Source of the DNA: Octopus bimaculoides
Lineage: Eukaryota
Direction of reading: 5' to 3'
DNA length: 64,000 nucleotides
NCBI RefSeq assembly: GCF_001194135.2
Contig: NC_068997.1
Coordinates: 7,742,496 to 7,806,495 of the forward strand
A program made the translations under genes and the position numbers. Positions within the stretch are counted from its first letter, which is position 1. Each line of letters starts with the position of its first letter. The notes under the pieces were generated by a model. It saw only the letters and a program-made list of their open reading frames with translations, ran no database searches and was not told the origin of the DNA. Below are positions 10,430 through 24,091 of this stretch, in pieces.

Positions 10430-13006
10430 AGGCATATAGCCCCAGCTCTTTGCACTCTGAACTCCTGTCAGATTTAGCACCACAACCTGGTCCTTTGGTT
10501 GCTGTTCTTGGAATTCGCTGTGTTGTGAATGTTCAGGTCAAATCTCTGCTTTCATTCTCTTCCATCAAACAATTTCAACACCCTCAAAAATATGGGGTCA
10601 TGGCTGCTCCCAGCCTAACCCCTCAACAGAGCATTAAAANNNNNNNNNNNNTTGTTTTAGCCTCCATGCACCAAACTGCAAAACTTGAAGCTAAACATTA
10701 ACTGCCTTCTTAAACCAAGAGGAGGAGGGGAGATGCCAATTCCCCCCTACCCACCCACCTGAGTGCTATACAGAATAATTTCATTATTATTTTCTTGAAA
10801 TAAAAATAAAATGACAAATCAAGGTTTTGTTTTGCTTCAAATTTTTTAATAATTTTTTTTAATGTTTCTGTGGAAGATTCTTCCAAAAGACATCAACTCT
10901 ACAATACGGATGATGCCAATGTCTACCTCCCCCACTTTTTTTTTTTTTTTTTACCAATGCACCTCTTAGATTCCTTTTTTATTTTACTGGACCCTCATAG
11001 CCATTCAATGTTTAAAAAAATCCCATTAGATTTTTATAATTAGACATTAGGAATTGTATTTAAAAGATTGTTTAAATATTGTGTATTGCACCAATTTATT
11101 GTAGATAAATTTTAACAACAGAAGCTTGTATGGATCCCACCAAGGGTCATATGAACCCTAGTTGAGAACCCCTGCTCTAATGAGTTCCTTTTCAACCTTT
11201 TAATAATGAACAAATAATTCGAATTCTTCCATTAGTACTTCGGAATTCTGCAAAGATTGCTGCTTTGTTTCAGTTCTATGGCAGTGTATGCAGAATAAAA
11301 TTTTCCCTGGATAGGTCACCAGCATATAGCAACTAACATTTACAGGTACCAACTGTCAATAGTTAGGAGACGTATACCACAGAATCTAGTATGTATTTGC
11401 TTAAATTCACAAAGAATTTTCTATTGTCTTTGAATATTAAGGTCCATGAGCTGATAATCTTACCTCAGATGAATTCTGCCATCCATTTCTATTGGCAAAT
11501 CCTAATAACAATTACAAAATGAACCAAACAATCTCTAGATACAAACTGAATCACAGAAGAAAGTGACACATTCAAAGCAAGAATTATAGAAAATCGGTCT
11601 GTCATCTTCATCATAACACATTTTAATGTCAGTCTAAGAACCATTGAGAAGAGTTTCTGCATGTAGTCACTAAACCTTCCAGAAATAACAGTCACATTTC
11701 CCTCAAATTATCTTCTCTTGTTTAAGAATAGAAAGAATACAATGGATAATATAAACGTACATAAATCATGTCTGGAACAAAACAAAAACAAAGAATGGTC
11801 ATGGCTGGAACATCCATTGATCCAAGACTAACTTGGGGTTCTTCATAATTAAACCCACACACCTGTTTTCATGCCCAAATATTACTCTATCTCATTTTCT
11901 TGAGTAAAACATGAAGGTCAGGATTGCATTTTCTTTAACCCCTAAAATGATTTAAGAAATCCTTATATGCTATAATGTAGAACATTACCAGTGACCTTAC
12001 TCTGTCCCTTGTAGTGGTGTCTGATCACAGGTATGTATGTATGCATAAGTAATGACCATCATTTCTATGGGTTTGCATTTTTCTCAGGGTTGGCAAGGGT
12101 TGTAAAGATCCCATTTCTTCTTTGCACTCATAACAATCCTTCAATAATCTGAGAAAAAAAACTGGACAATTTTGCTGTTGTGCTGTTGTCATTGTTGGTT
12201 TTGTCTTTTGTTGTGGCTGGGATGCTCTTCCTATCACTCAACAACATCAACTGTGGATATGACCACACACACACCTAAATTTGTCTGAGATAATTTTTCC
12301 AAACAACAATATTTTTGTTCTAAACACAACAGTTTTATTGAAATCCTCTATCTTTTTCTTGTCTATCCAAACAAATAAACCCACATCCATACATAGTTAC
12401 ATGCAAGTGTATATGTTGGCATATATGAATAAATTATAAGCTAACAACTGAGATTTTAATACAATCTGGGATCCATAATAACAGCAAACTCACTGAAGTC
12501 AATCTAATTGTTCATCTTGTTAATTACTGAATTCCAAATGAAGCAGATTGACATTTACATTTTTATATGGGAGAGGAAAAAACCTCAAACTCCTTGTTGT
12601 GTAAATCAAAGTATATTTCTTCACTAATGAAGAGATGAATGGTTCAATTCCCTTCAGTGGATTTCATGCCATTTTTATGATCCAAAATTGCTATTTGCAG
12701 CTTTCTAGTGTTTATATCATTATGAATATCATTATCATCACCAGCAACATTCTTATATTCATTTATCATGCCAGCATAGGAAGGTTGGATGAAAATGCCA
12801 TACTGCATATCCTTGCTAATCCTGGTCTTTCGTCATCTCATATATGCAGTCCTACCATCTAACATCACAACTCCTTACAATTGCCTCTGCCCAGGATTCA
12901 CAGAATTCCCAACATTTGCAACATTTCCACCCTACATTCATCCTCCACCTCATTTGTACATGTTTATATATATATATATATATATATATAAATATATATA
13001 TATATA

Positions 13007-13396
13007 GGCACAGCAGTGGCTGTGGTAAGTAGGTTGCTTACCAACCACATGGTTCTGGGTTCAGTCCCACTGCGTGGCACCTTGGGCAAGTGTCTTCTAC
13101 TATAGCCTCGGGCCGACCAAAGCCTTGTGAGTGGATTTGGTAGACGGAAACTGAAAGAAGCCTGTCGTATATATGTATATGTGTATGTGTGTGTTTGTGT
13201 GTCTGTGTTTGTCCCCCCAACATCGCTTGACAACCGATGCTGGTGTGTTTACGTCCCCGTAACTTAGCGGTTCGGCAAAAGAGACCGATAGAATAAATAC
13301 TAGGCTTACAAAGAATAAGTCCTGGGGTCGATTTGCTCGACTAAAAGGCGGTGCTCCAGCATGGCCGCAGTCAAATGACTGAAACAAGTAAAAGAG
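13007..13396 (+). mobile_element. SINE family A, full-length copy
   Basis: Same head (gtggctgtggtaag...ggttcagtcccactg), body and tail as the other copies. Confidence 0.9.
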
Positions 13397-16300
13397 AAAA
13401 AAGAGTATATATACACACACACACACAGAGTCACATTATACAGCCAACAGGGGAGCTTGTGTGACTCATTTCTCTACAGTTTAATTAAATAATTCCCATG
13501 TTTCTCTCTCATGCGACACCACACTTCCGATGCATGCGCCATACTTTGTGCCTTTTGCAGGGAAACAGATCACTATTAAAGATTTTAATAAAATCTAAGG
13601 GAAATTGGATGATGAAGTTAAACATTTTTTTTTTAAAAAGAACAAAAAAAGCGAAAAGCTGGATTAGCAATTAACTAACGAACAAAAACTCTCTTCCCTT
13701 GCATCCCCACCCCCTGCAAATTCTTTCTCCTAATAGTCTAGAATTGAAATTTGAAGCCAATTTATAAACAAAGAAGCACTGTGAAGGTGAAAGTATGTTT
13801 CGGGTTGGGTTTCTATGGGAATTTTGCTTTTCAGGGTTTGCTGGTGCCACAGATGCAGCCAGATGGGGACATTAACAACAGCCAGTAAAATGGGTTTACT
13901 TACCAGGGTTTTAGAGAAAATAAAAAAATCTTTAAGAATAAAAAAAAAAAACAACAACAACAGTTTAGCCAATTATTTTACAGAAATTTCAAATTGACAA
14001 TTAAAAAATCAATAACAAAAACAGGAAAATAATGTTCTCAGACTTTTTGGAATTGCAGTTTCAAACTAAAATCTTTTAAGTGAATCTTAAACATGAAAAG
14101 TGAAAATTGGAGAAGCAATGTGAAATTTTAATCCTAAAAATAAGAATGTTTTCTTTCCATTTCTTGGAGTATTGAAGGTTTCCAATAAACTAAACAACAG
14201 TAATTTAGTGTTTAGAGTTAAAATATTTGATATTCTTTACATAACTTCATTTCCATCTACAATAATACTTTCTAATTTTTGCACAAGGCAAGCATTTTTG
14301 AGGGGAGGGGGAGTAAGTCAATGGCACTGGCACAGTACATGACTGGTACTTTATCTTAACTCCAAAAGGATGAAAGGTAAAGTCGACTATGGCATTAATG
14401 GAACTCAGAAAGTAAAAAGCCAGAAGCATTTTGCCTGAGGCGCTAACAACTCTGCCAACTTGCATCCCCCCCCCACCTCTTACATTTTACCTTCACAATA
14501 ACAGAAAGAATTAATGTACAAAGTTGACAGTACAAATGCTCACAGACAAAAGATCCATCCTAAGAATCTGATTGATGTAATGACTCATCAATCATAGATA
14601 AACACACAAATGACTAAATGCAAAGAGAAATTTCACAGAAATTGGCCACAGTGAATTACTGGTTATTTCATTCACCCTCAAAGGTGAATTGAAATCAGAT
14701 TGTAGAAATATAACACTTAATGCAATACTTATTGTGATAAAGTACAAAGACGAAACATTCTAAAAGAATTAATACAAAGAATAAGGTGAAACAGATCTTG
14801 GAATCTAATTGTAATCTAATTAGCAGTGTGTCCCTGATAAAGATGCTTTCAGTGCATTTGTATTTCATGGGAACATAAACAGACCCTTTAGGGAGCTGAG
14901 TAGATAGAAGTTTATACATGGACAGTTAAACACATAAGTTTAACTCTGTCCATGTACAAACTGTAGACGGTCTTGACACACATGAATATCTTGGCAAGTT
15001 TGTTGTTGATGCTTTAAATTACACAGAAATCTATTCTGACATCTGTTCTTGCTATTCTACTGCTTTTCTACATGTTAAAAGTTGACAGAAATCTGTACAG
15101 TGAGAACTTCAATCAAACACTTAAGAGTAATGAGTCTCGACCCTTTTTGGCTCAGTAACTGCTTTCAATAAACAGTATTTTATAAATGCCCTTTCCACGG
15201 ATTATTTTAATAAAACAAAAGCTAATTTTATATTTTAGTTTAACATCAGTCCTGTATCTGCTCACTGATAACACAATTTCCTGTTTATATTGTAATCCTA
15301 AAGATGTTTTTAAATTTAAGTAGTGTACCTGATTTAAATAACGCATTTTCTGGCACACAAATTGAATTTTTCAGATCTGAATTGACAGCCAAAAAAAGGT
15401 AGGTCAACTTACACCCAAAGACAACTTCGGAGAACCAAAAATTCCATGCGAAATGCAACAGGATTTCAAAAGATAATGACAATGATTACGCTACATGTTT
15501 ACACTAAATACATTGACTTGTGTGTTGGAAAATACAGTACTTCCTTTCTGACAAAAAAATCACAACCCCTCTAAACACACAGTACCCCACATAGCCCCTT
15601 CACCTTGACATTTGCTGTTCCTTTGGGATCTCACAGTACCCCTCCAATGCTAAGAACCACTGCTTTGGAACAATGTCACTAATAGTCAAATACTTGACAA
15701 CTCAGGCAACCAAATCAAACAGTGGATAATGTTGCTACAACAGTTTCTTCATTAGATTAAATGATTAACGAAAGGAACTTGTGATAACTCAGAACCAAAT
15801 TAGATAAATGCAGCCAATCAAATATTTGGGTGATAAGCAACAGGACTAAATTATAAGTAATTAATTTAACATTCAATAGTGGTCCAGGGAATTAAATTAC
15901 GACAAGCCAATTAAAAATCTTAATTGATCATTGTCATCATCATCATCAGCAGCAGCAGCAACTCTCAATACATAAGTTGGTCTTACTTTGGGTACAATAA
16001 CAAATGTACTGCATATTCCATTCTCTTATCAGTGTCATAAATTAGTGGTGAGTATAACAGCTGTTGAAAGACTTGCTCAAGCACTACGTGCAGGTTCAAT
16101 TTTAACACCCATAAAGTTAGGCTTGTCTTAATTGCTGCTATAACGACCGTGATTCGTACAGAGAAGTTAGAGATGCAGATATTCTTGAGTTCTTCCCCGG
16201 CAATCCCACCATTAATGCTCTGAGCTGCTTTAAGTCAGCATCTTGAGTAGTTCATTCACTCAGCAATGTTGCAGACAAGTGGTTCCCAACCTTTTCAATA

Positions 16301-16577
16301 CCATGAACCCATTTTATTTACATTAATTTTCTCATGGATCCCAGATTTGTCAAAAGCCTCTCTACTCAATAAGCTAAATTTATTAACAAAATACAAACTT
16401 GTTTCATTTCTCAGTCGAAAGGTAAAATATAAATGAAGAATTATAAATAATTTGTGCATTTTAGACAGCAGTGTTTAAAATTTTAAACACAAATCACAGA
16501 CCCATTACCGCTTCTTACTGCTATCACTACTGCCCAGGGCAAAAATGCCCATTCATAATGTCCACTTCCGACCATAG

Positions 16578-16578
16578 A

Positions 16579-16609
<31 letters not shown>

Positions 16610-17646
16610 TACATATACATATATATATATATACATATATACATATACATATATACATATACATATATATATATATACATATATATATATACATATATAC
16701 ATATACATATATATATATATATATATACATATATACATATACATATATACATATACATATATATATATATACATATATANNNNNNNNNNNNNNNNNNNNN
16801 NNNNNNNNNNNNNNNNNNNNNNNNNNNNNNNNNNNNNNNNNNNNNNNNNNNNNNNNNNNNNNNNNNNNNNNNNNNNNNNNNNNNNNNNNNNNNNNNNNNN
16901 NNNNNNNNNNNNNNNNNNNNNNNNNNNNNNNNNNNNNNNNNNNNNNNNNNNNNNNNNNNNNNNNNNNNNNNNNNNNNNNNNNNNNNNNNNNNNNNNNNNN
17001 NNNNNNNNNNNNNNNNNNNNNNNNNNNNNNNNNNNNNNNNNNNNNNNNNNNNNNNNNNNNNNNNNNNNNNNNNNNNNNNNNNNNNNNNNNNNNNNNNNNN
17101 NNNNNNNNNNNNNNNNNNNNNNNNNNNNNNNNNNNNNNNNNNNNNNNNNNNNNNNNNNNNNNNNNNNNNNNNNNNNNNNNNNNNNNNNNNNNNNNNNNNN
17201 NNNNNNNNNNNNNNNNNNNNNNNNNNNNNNNNNNNNNNNNNNNNNNNNNNNNNNNNNNNNNNNNNNNNNNNNNNNNNNNNNNNNNNNNNNNNNNNNNNNN
17301 NNNNNNNNNNNNNNNNNNNNNNNNNNNNNNNNNNNNNNNNNNNNNNNNNNNNNNNNNNNNNNNNNNNNNNNNNNNNNNNNNNNNNNNNNNNNNNNNNNNN
17401 NNNNNNNNNNNNNNNNNNNNNNNNNNNNNNNNNNNNNNNNNNNNNNNNNNNNNNNNNNNNNNNNNNNNNNNNNNNNNNNNNNNNNNNNNNNNNNNNNNNN
17501 NNNNNNNNNNNNNNNNNNNNNNNNNNNNNNNNNNNNNNNNNNNNNNNNNNNNNNNNNNNNNNNNNNNNNNNNNNNNNNNNNNNNNNNNNNATATATACAT
17601 ATATATATATATACATATATACATATATATATATATACATATATAC

Positions 17647-17696
<50 letters not shown>

Positions 17697-17705
17697 ATAT
17701 AATAC
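16578..17705. repeat. Compound (AT)n/(ATAC) microsatellite spanning N-gap 16780-17590
   Basis: Read directly; source of the spurious long IY/YI ORFs. Many other (AT)n, (CA)n, (GA)n, (CAT)n and (TTA)n tracts occur throughout the window. Confidence 0.95.
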
Positions 17706-18077
17706 CTATCACACGTTCCCCTCCCAGACTTTCATGCAGCTCATTCCAGTGTTTGGTTATTATTGGCACCCACATTAAGCACTTCTAAGATATTCCCTTG
17801 ATTTTTTGATTGCTTCATTCATTCATTCATAGATCTAGCATGCATTATCACTAATATGTACTTTCGTAAATTAATTATTTAAATTGTCTCTTCAATATGT
17901 AATCTCTCTCTCTCAGCCTTAGTTTTTCTCCTAAATTCTTCATGAAATTTCCAAATTGAAATCTCTCCAAAGTCTTAGTTTTCTTTTTCCTCCTGTGTTT
18001 CCATGCTAGCTAAATATTTTTTCGTACTACCTCTTAAATAATCCTTGCTGGATCAGATGATGATGATCACAGAGATT

Positions 18078-18620
18078 GCTGGATCAGGTGATGAAGGTCA
18101 CGGAGAGGGTCATAGCCCAACTAATTAAGGAGAGAGTTAGCCTAGATGAGATGCAGTTTGGTTTTGTGCCAGGTAAAAAGCACTACTGATACTATATTTC
18201 TGGTAAGGCAACTGCAGGAGAAATACCTAGTCAAAGATAAACCTCTGTGCTTGGCTTTTGTTGACATGGAGAAAGCTTTGAGAGGGTCTCCTGATCCCTG
18301 ATCTGGTGGGCAATGCGGAAACTAGGGATAGATGAGTGGTTAGTAAGAGCTGTACAGGGATGCTGTCAGTAAGGTGAGGGTCGGCAATGAGTATAGTGAA
18401 GAATTCCGGGTAGAAGTAAGGGTTCACCAAAGATCAGTCCTCAGCCCCCTCCTATTCATCATAGTCCTCCAGGCAATAACAGAAGAATTCAAGACAGGCT
18501 GTCTCTGGGAGCTCCTCTATGCTGATGTCCTTGCTCTCATAGCTGAATCACTCCCAGAACTAGAGATGAAGTTTCAAGTAAGGAAGCAAGGGTTAGAATC
18601 AAAGAACCTTAGAGTCAATG
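18078..18620 (+). mobile_element. RTE-clade LINE reverse transcriptase fragment, frameshifted
   Basis: Translates to QFGFVPG...STTDxIFLVRQLQEK...AFVDMEKA and VHQRSVLSPLLF...LLYADVLAL (RT motifs; YADD decayed to YADV). Confidence 0.92.
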
Positions 18621-18937
18621 ACTCTGGAGAGAGAGAGATACAAGTGACTCCTGATGAATTATAACAATGATGAAACACATCAGTGCAACCCTTACTCTAA
18701 TTTCATGAAATCCTGGCATTTTAACCACTGTTGACCATAATTTCATGGTAAAACTAAATTATACCTTTATCAAAGACATGGAAATGGCTCTCCATATATT
18801 TCTTCACCCTGTACACTTTGCAAAGTATAATGGAAACTACGACATGTTATTTTCTCAAGATGACATCAGCATAATAAGAGAACAGGTTGTATCTGAGAAT
18901 TGAACCTGGTTTGAACAATTGATTCATCAGAAAATCA

Positions 18938-18968
<31 letters not shown>

Positions 18969-19165
18969 AATAAACAAAGCAACAGGCTTACGTAAAAGAA
19001 ATTCACTTGCTTATATCTTGAGGGCACCAAAATGGTGAATGTTACTTCGGAACCAAAATGGGTTCAGACTGCAACCCACTGGTCAAATAAGTTCTACTCT
19101 AGCCTCAGGTTCATAACTTGAAAGGGGAATTTGATGAATATCAACTGTGAGGGGACCTGTCATAG

Positions 19166-19202
<37 letters not shown>

Positions 19203-21096
19203 CGCACGCGCACGCGCACGCGCGAACAATGTATCTTATTTCAAAGGTATGTTGACATAAATGTAAATGTAGATGAGGATACTAATGGACAGTGCTTTCA
19301 AATAAAAATACCTTGTGGTATTTGTTCAAGCTCAGTTGCTCAAATACCAGATGCTCCCTTATCCCTCTTGCCTTTTAAACATACTGTAACCTAGAGAGTC
19401 ACCAGTTGGTAACCAATGACTTTGTCGTTCACAAGAATATGGTGATATAAAAGAGGAAGCTAAAAAGAAGCATATTGCATAGTTATGAGAGGAGTAAATG
19501 AGTCTGAAGACAAATGGCTGATGGTAGAAGGAATCGTAGCAGGAGATTGGTCAGTAGAAATGGATGGCAATCAATGATTGGAATGAGAAAGTCATTTCAC
19601 AGAGATTTTACATCAGGTTATATTGGCAGGAGCAAGATTTGGGAAAGAGAGGAGAAAAGATGAAGAGTGGGGTTAGGGTTGGGACTAAAACGGTCCGGAA
19701 GGAGTAAAAAGGAAGATAAATGAAAGTGCAACTGAGTGATTACTCTTTAAAAAAGAATTGGTAGAGATTCTTAAGAACAATATTTTTCAAAAAATCAATA
19801 GGATAAAGAAATAAAAATTTACAGGAAGAAATAATAATGATTTGTTAGATCTACATAAAGATGGGAATTTCTTGGAGTGGGGAGAAAAGTCTGTTGTACA
19901 GATCTTAGTTCTTCAATGGTGTTTTACCAATTCCAAGAAGTATAATACAAACCAAGGGACATAACTCAATATGATAAAGCATTTAGTGAGGTGCTTGAGT
20001 AAGTCTTCCAATCCACCCCACACCTCCATCCGAGTGAAGAAATAATTCCCAACATTGATACAGATTTATAGGTGAGGGTGGGGGGAGGATATGGTCAGAC
20101 GAATCAATTCCAATATATAATTGGTATTTACTTCACAAAATATTTAGTTCCATCTAATTGGTATTTACTTCACAAAATATTTAGTTCCATCACTATGTTT
20201 TTACTGAAAGATTTAAATTCAGAAATTTAAATCTTTCAGTAAAAACATACCATTTCTAACAGACCACCAAAAATTAAGCAGAGATTATTAATAAAAAATT
20301 TAAATACACATTGAAAAACAACTCAAAAACAAACAGAAATATAAGATAATGTTATGAAATAGGATAACACCATTCGACATTAAAACTACTTCAATATTCA
20401 CTTCTACAAAGCATTTCTTTTAGGTTTTTGTCTGTCATTGTCTGGTATCTCACTCCTGGAAGTCATTGGCAGCACCATCCTTGCTTGTTATGTCAACTCT
20501 TACTTATTTCAAGTAAAGTTATTTTACTCCAAGACATTGTACAAACCAATATGGCACCAGACTTTTTATTTATGTGAAATGCTCTTTGAGTGGCACGAAA
20601 ACATTGTTAATTGGATGGTGTGAATGTGAGACCAAATGAAGACATAGAAGCAGGCACTCGTCTGATTTGCCAAACATCGGAGGCCAATGCCAAAGCAAAT
20701 TTCTTAATCACACAGCCATTCCTGGAAGCTTCTTTAATAAATGAAGACCAGCTGCATTTACTACTCCAGAGAAATATAACAGAAAGCAATGTGCAGAGAG
20801 AGCGAGAGAGAGAGAGAGAGAGAGATAGAAAGAGAGAGAAAGAGAGAGAGAAAGAGAAAGAGAAAGAGAGAGAGAAAGAGAGTTTTTGCGTGTGTGTGTG
20901 TTATGTATACTGTCCCTGTGTATATAGTAATCAACAAGATCCAAACTAATGGCAATTGTCAAACTAATTGAAAGGTAATGTAGAAAGGTAATATTATAAA
21001 AGTCGCCTCCAAAGCAGAGATTAACAGATTAATATTCCAAAAATATTGCAATTTTTTCTCAAGCACAACTCGATAATACAACAGTGAAATACTTAC

Positions 21097-21266
21097 AAAA
21101 ATGAAAGGGAAAAATCTCCGATAAAAGTTTCACTTTCCCGAACAAGAAATGTGCCATCACCTAAAGACTTGTATTGATGTAGTAACCATTCAGCACGGTG
21201 CCGCCCACCTTCCAGTTTCCCATGGAACCATTTTTCACCAAAGTGAAGCTCATCACTAGAACAGTT
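21097..21266 (-). CDS. PLCG: PLC-gamma exon, nSH2 N-half ([17 protein letters not shown]...[19 protein letters not shown]), 170 nt, phase 0-2
   Basis: catcaacag acceptor, gtaagt donor; WFHG and FLVRES SH2 motifs. Confidence 0.97.
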
Positions 21267-22256
21267 CTGTTGATGTGAAAAAAAGCAGAAAAAAAATGGT
21301 CACAAAAATTACAGGAAAACGTTTTTATTTTGTCATTATATCTTGTATTTTTATTTTCTATTTTATTATTATTTTCATTATTTGGGATTTTCATCAAATG
21401 TTTCTTTTCTTATATCACAAAACGCAGTCACCTCATGGAATACGTGCAAAGAAATGCTCCAAATCAACAAAGAATTGGCAAGAATTTCCTAAAAACATTC
21501 ACCTAATCTGCATGAAATAGAATAAGGAAGTGCTTAACAGCCAAAGGAATCTATGGAAGTGGAAGATATGGAACAAAATGGTAGACTGATCTCCCAGGGA
21601 GATGACAATGGACCATATTGATTGAGACTATGTGGTGCTGAGGAATACTCAGTCACCCATGCAAATTTAATTAACTGTGCTTTAGGTGGAAATCATGACA
21701 GAGAATGAGATTATATGACATTCATCCAGATCTTTCTGCCATTTATACCAGCAAAGTCATCATCTTTTGCTCATCCCCCTTCTATGATACCCTCTTGCCT
21801 TTGTATCATCCCCTAGTTACTTTACCCCTATCTATCAAGGTAGGCAGGTAGATGGATGGAAAGATGGATACACACACACACACACACATACACAATGCTT
21901 TTGTTATGTCTTCTCACAATCATATGTAATATCATCATCATCGTTTAACGTCCGCTTTCCATGCTAGCATGGGTTGGACGATTTGGTTGAGGACTGGTGG
22001 ACCAGGTGGCTACACCAGGCTCCAATCTGATTTGGCAGAGTTTCTACAGCTGGATGCCCTTCCTAACGCCAACCACTGTTGATAATCTACTGTAACCTAC
22101 AAATGTGAGATTTTGTGCCAATATGAGAAATTTAACACTGTCTTTATTACTGCCTTACATTGTCGAAAATTGTATTTCAAAATCTCTAAATTTGATTAGT
22201 ATTCCAATAAAGAGAGTTGAATGATACGTTTGGCAGATATAATTAAACCATCTCAC

Positions 22257-22373
22257 CTCAGCACATAAACTGTTCTCTTCATCCTCTTGGTCTTCATCTT
22301 GTTCTGCTGCTGATGGATCTTCAGCGTAGAGCAATTTGGTTGTGGTTAATACAAATATATGTGGATGCCAAAC
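22257..22373 (-). CDS. PLCG: PLC-gamma exon, split-PH N-half plus acidic linker (VWHPHIFVLTTTKLLYAEDP...ENSLCAE), 117 nt, phase 0-0
   Basis: tttttcag acceptor, GAG|gtgaga donor; WxPHxFVLT motif. Confidence 0.95.
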
Positions 22374-22543
22374 CTGAAAAAAATTTAGAAGCTTGGTCAC
22401 TAGATGGAACATTTTATTCAACATAGAATGGTCAATCATAAATTTCTAATAAATATGAAATACATTCTGCAGTTTTTTTTTACTGGCTTCAAACATTGAC
22501 ATAAAGAGTGTATAATCTGGTACTCATTTTATTGATCTTGTTT

Positions 22544-22646
<103 letters not shown>

Positions 22647-22685
22647 TATAGACTAATATACAGCGTGCATAATAAAGATACTTAC

Positions 22686-22756
22686 ATGATCTATGGAATC
22701 TTCAAGATACATGATACCATTCTTTACAGAATTACTCAGATCAGCGTCAATGTTAT
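22686..22756 (-). CDS. PLCG: PLC-gamma exon, split-PH start (NIDADLSNSVKNGIMYLEDSIDH), 71 nt, phase 1-0
   Basis: cacttgtag acceptor, gtaagt donor; SNSxKNGxxYLED motif. Confidence 0.95.
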
Positions 22757-23348
22757 CTACAAGTGAAACACAAAAAAATGGAAGTAATATTATCAGTAAA
22801 TTGACACACACACATGCAATGGGCTTCTTTCAGTTTCCATGTATCAAATCCAGTCACAAGGCTGTGGTTAGCCTGGGGCAACAGTATGCACAAAGTGACA
22901 TGCAGTGGGACTGAACCTGGAATGAAGTGGTTGGCAAGCAAGCTCGTTAACTGTATGGCCACACTTACACCTGTGTATTATTTTTTATATCAGAAATGGT
23001 AAACAATAGAATCTTTGGTTAATTACAGATTTCCAATGTGGCGCTCACTGGGTGATGATATTTCTGATACAGTGACAAGGAAGTGTCTATAACTTGATGC
23101 AAAGCAAATGTGTTGAGGAATATCATTTGTAAAGCAACATTTTTTCCCAACTGTCCTTGTCTTTGCTTCCATCCTCATTGATATACATCAGCAAACGATA
23201 CAAGCTAGAGGGGGNNNNNNNNNNNNNNNNNNNNNNNNNNGGGGGGGGGGGAGGATTGTACTGCATGCTATTTCATTTCACTAACTTCTCATATCAATGG
23301 TATTGTAAGGGTTGGGTTTACTAACTGATGTCAGCTCTCTCAACTCAT

Positions 23349-24091
23349 GAGTTGTCACCAAGTGGCTAGCCGAGTTGTCACCAAGTGGCTAGCCGAGTTG
23401 TCACCAAGTGGCTAGCCGAGTTGTCACCAAGTGACTAACCGAGTTGTCACCAAGTGACTAACCGAGTTGTCACCAAGTGACTAACCGAGTTGTCACCAAG
23501 TGACTAACCGAGTTGTCACCANNNNNNNNNNNNNNNNNNNNNNNNNNNNNNNNNNNNNNNNNNNNNNNNNNNNNNNNNNNNNNNNNNNNNNNNNNNNNNN
23601 NNNNNNNNNNNNNNNNNNNNNNNNNNNNNNNNNNNNNNNNNNNNNNNNNNNNNNNNNNNNNNNNNNNNNNNNNNNNNNNNNNNNNNNNNNNNNNNNNNNN
23701 NNNNNNNNNNNNNNNNNNNNNNNNNNNNNNNNNNNNNNNNNNNNNNNNNNNNNNNNNNNNNNNNNNNNNNNNNNNNNNNNNNNNNNNNNNNNNNNNNNNN
23801 NNNNNNNNNNNNNNNNNNNNNNNNNNNNNNNNNNNNNNNNNNNNNNNNNNNNNNNNNNNNNNNNNNNNNNNNNNNNNNNNNNNNNNNNNNNNNNNNNNNN
23901 NNNNNNNNNNNNNNNNNNNNNNNNNNNNNNNNNNNNNNNNNNNNNNNNNNNNNNGAGTCGTCACCAAGTGACTAACCGAGTCGTCACCAAGTGACTAACC
24001 GAGTCGTCACCAAGTGACTAACCGAGTCGTCACCAAGTGACTAACCGAGTCGTCACCAAGTGACTAACCGAGTCGTCACCAAATGACTAAC
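23349..24091. repeat. 23-bp minisatellite GAGTTGTCACCAAGTGACTAACC (spans N-gap 23523-23954)
   Basis: About 7.5 units left of the gap and 6 right; units are head-to-tail with no spacers. Confidence 0.95.

Noticed and set aside
11463-11487. Cryptic exon with strong GAG|gtaaga donor in the nSH2 intron
   Set aside because: Available acceptors give 25 or 38 nt (frameshifting) with poor pyrimidine tracts and no homology support.
15412-15423. 12-nt microexon with gtaagt donor
   Set aside because: AAG acceptor with no pyrimidine tract; consistent with chance.
23207-23252. G-quadruplex element
   Set aside because: The poly-G run straddles an N-gap, so its true sequence is unknown.
23349-24091. CRISPR array (short palindromic 23-bp repeats)
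   Set aside because: Units are directly head-to-tail with no unique spacers, there are no cas genes, and the context is a eukaryotic intron.
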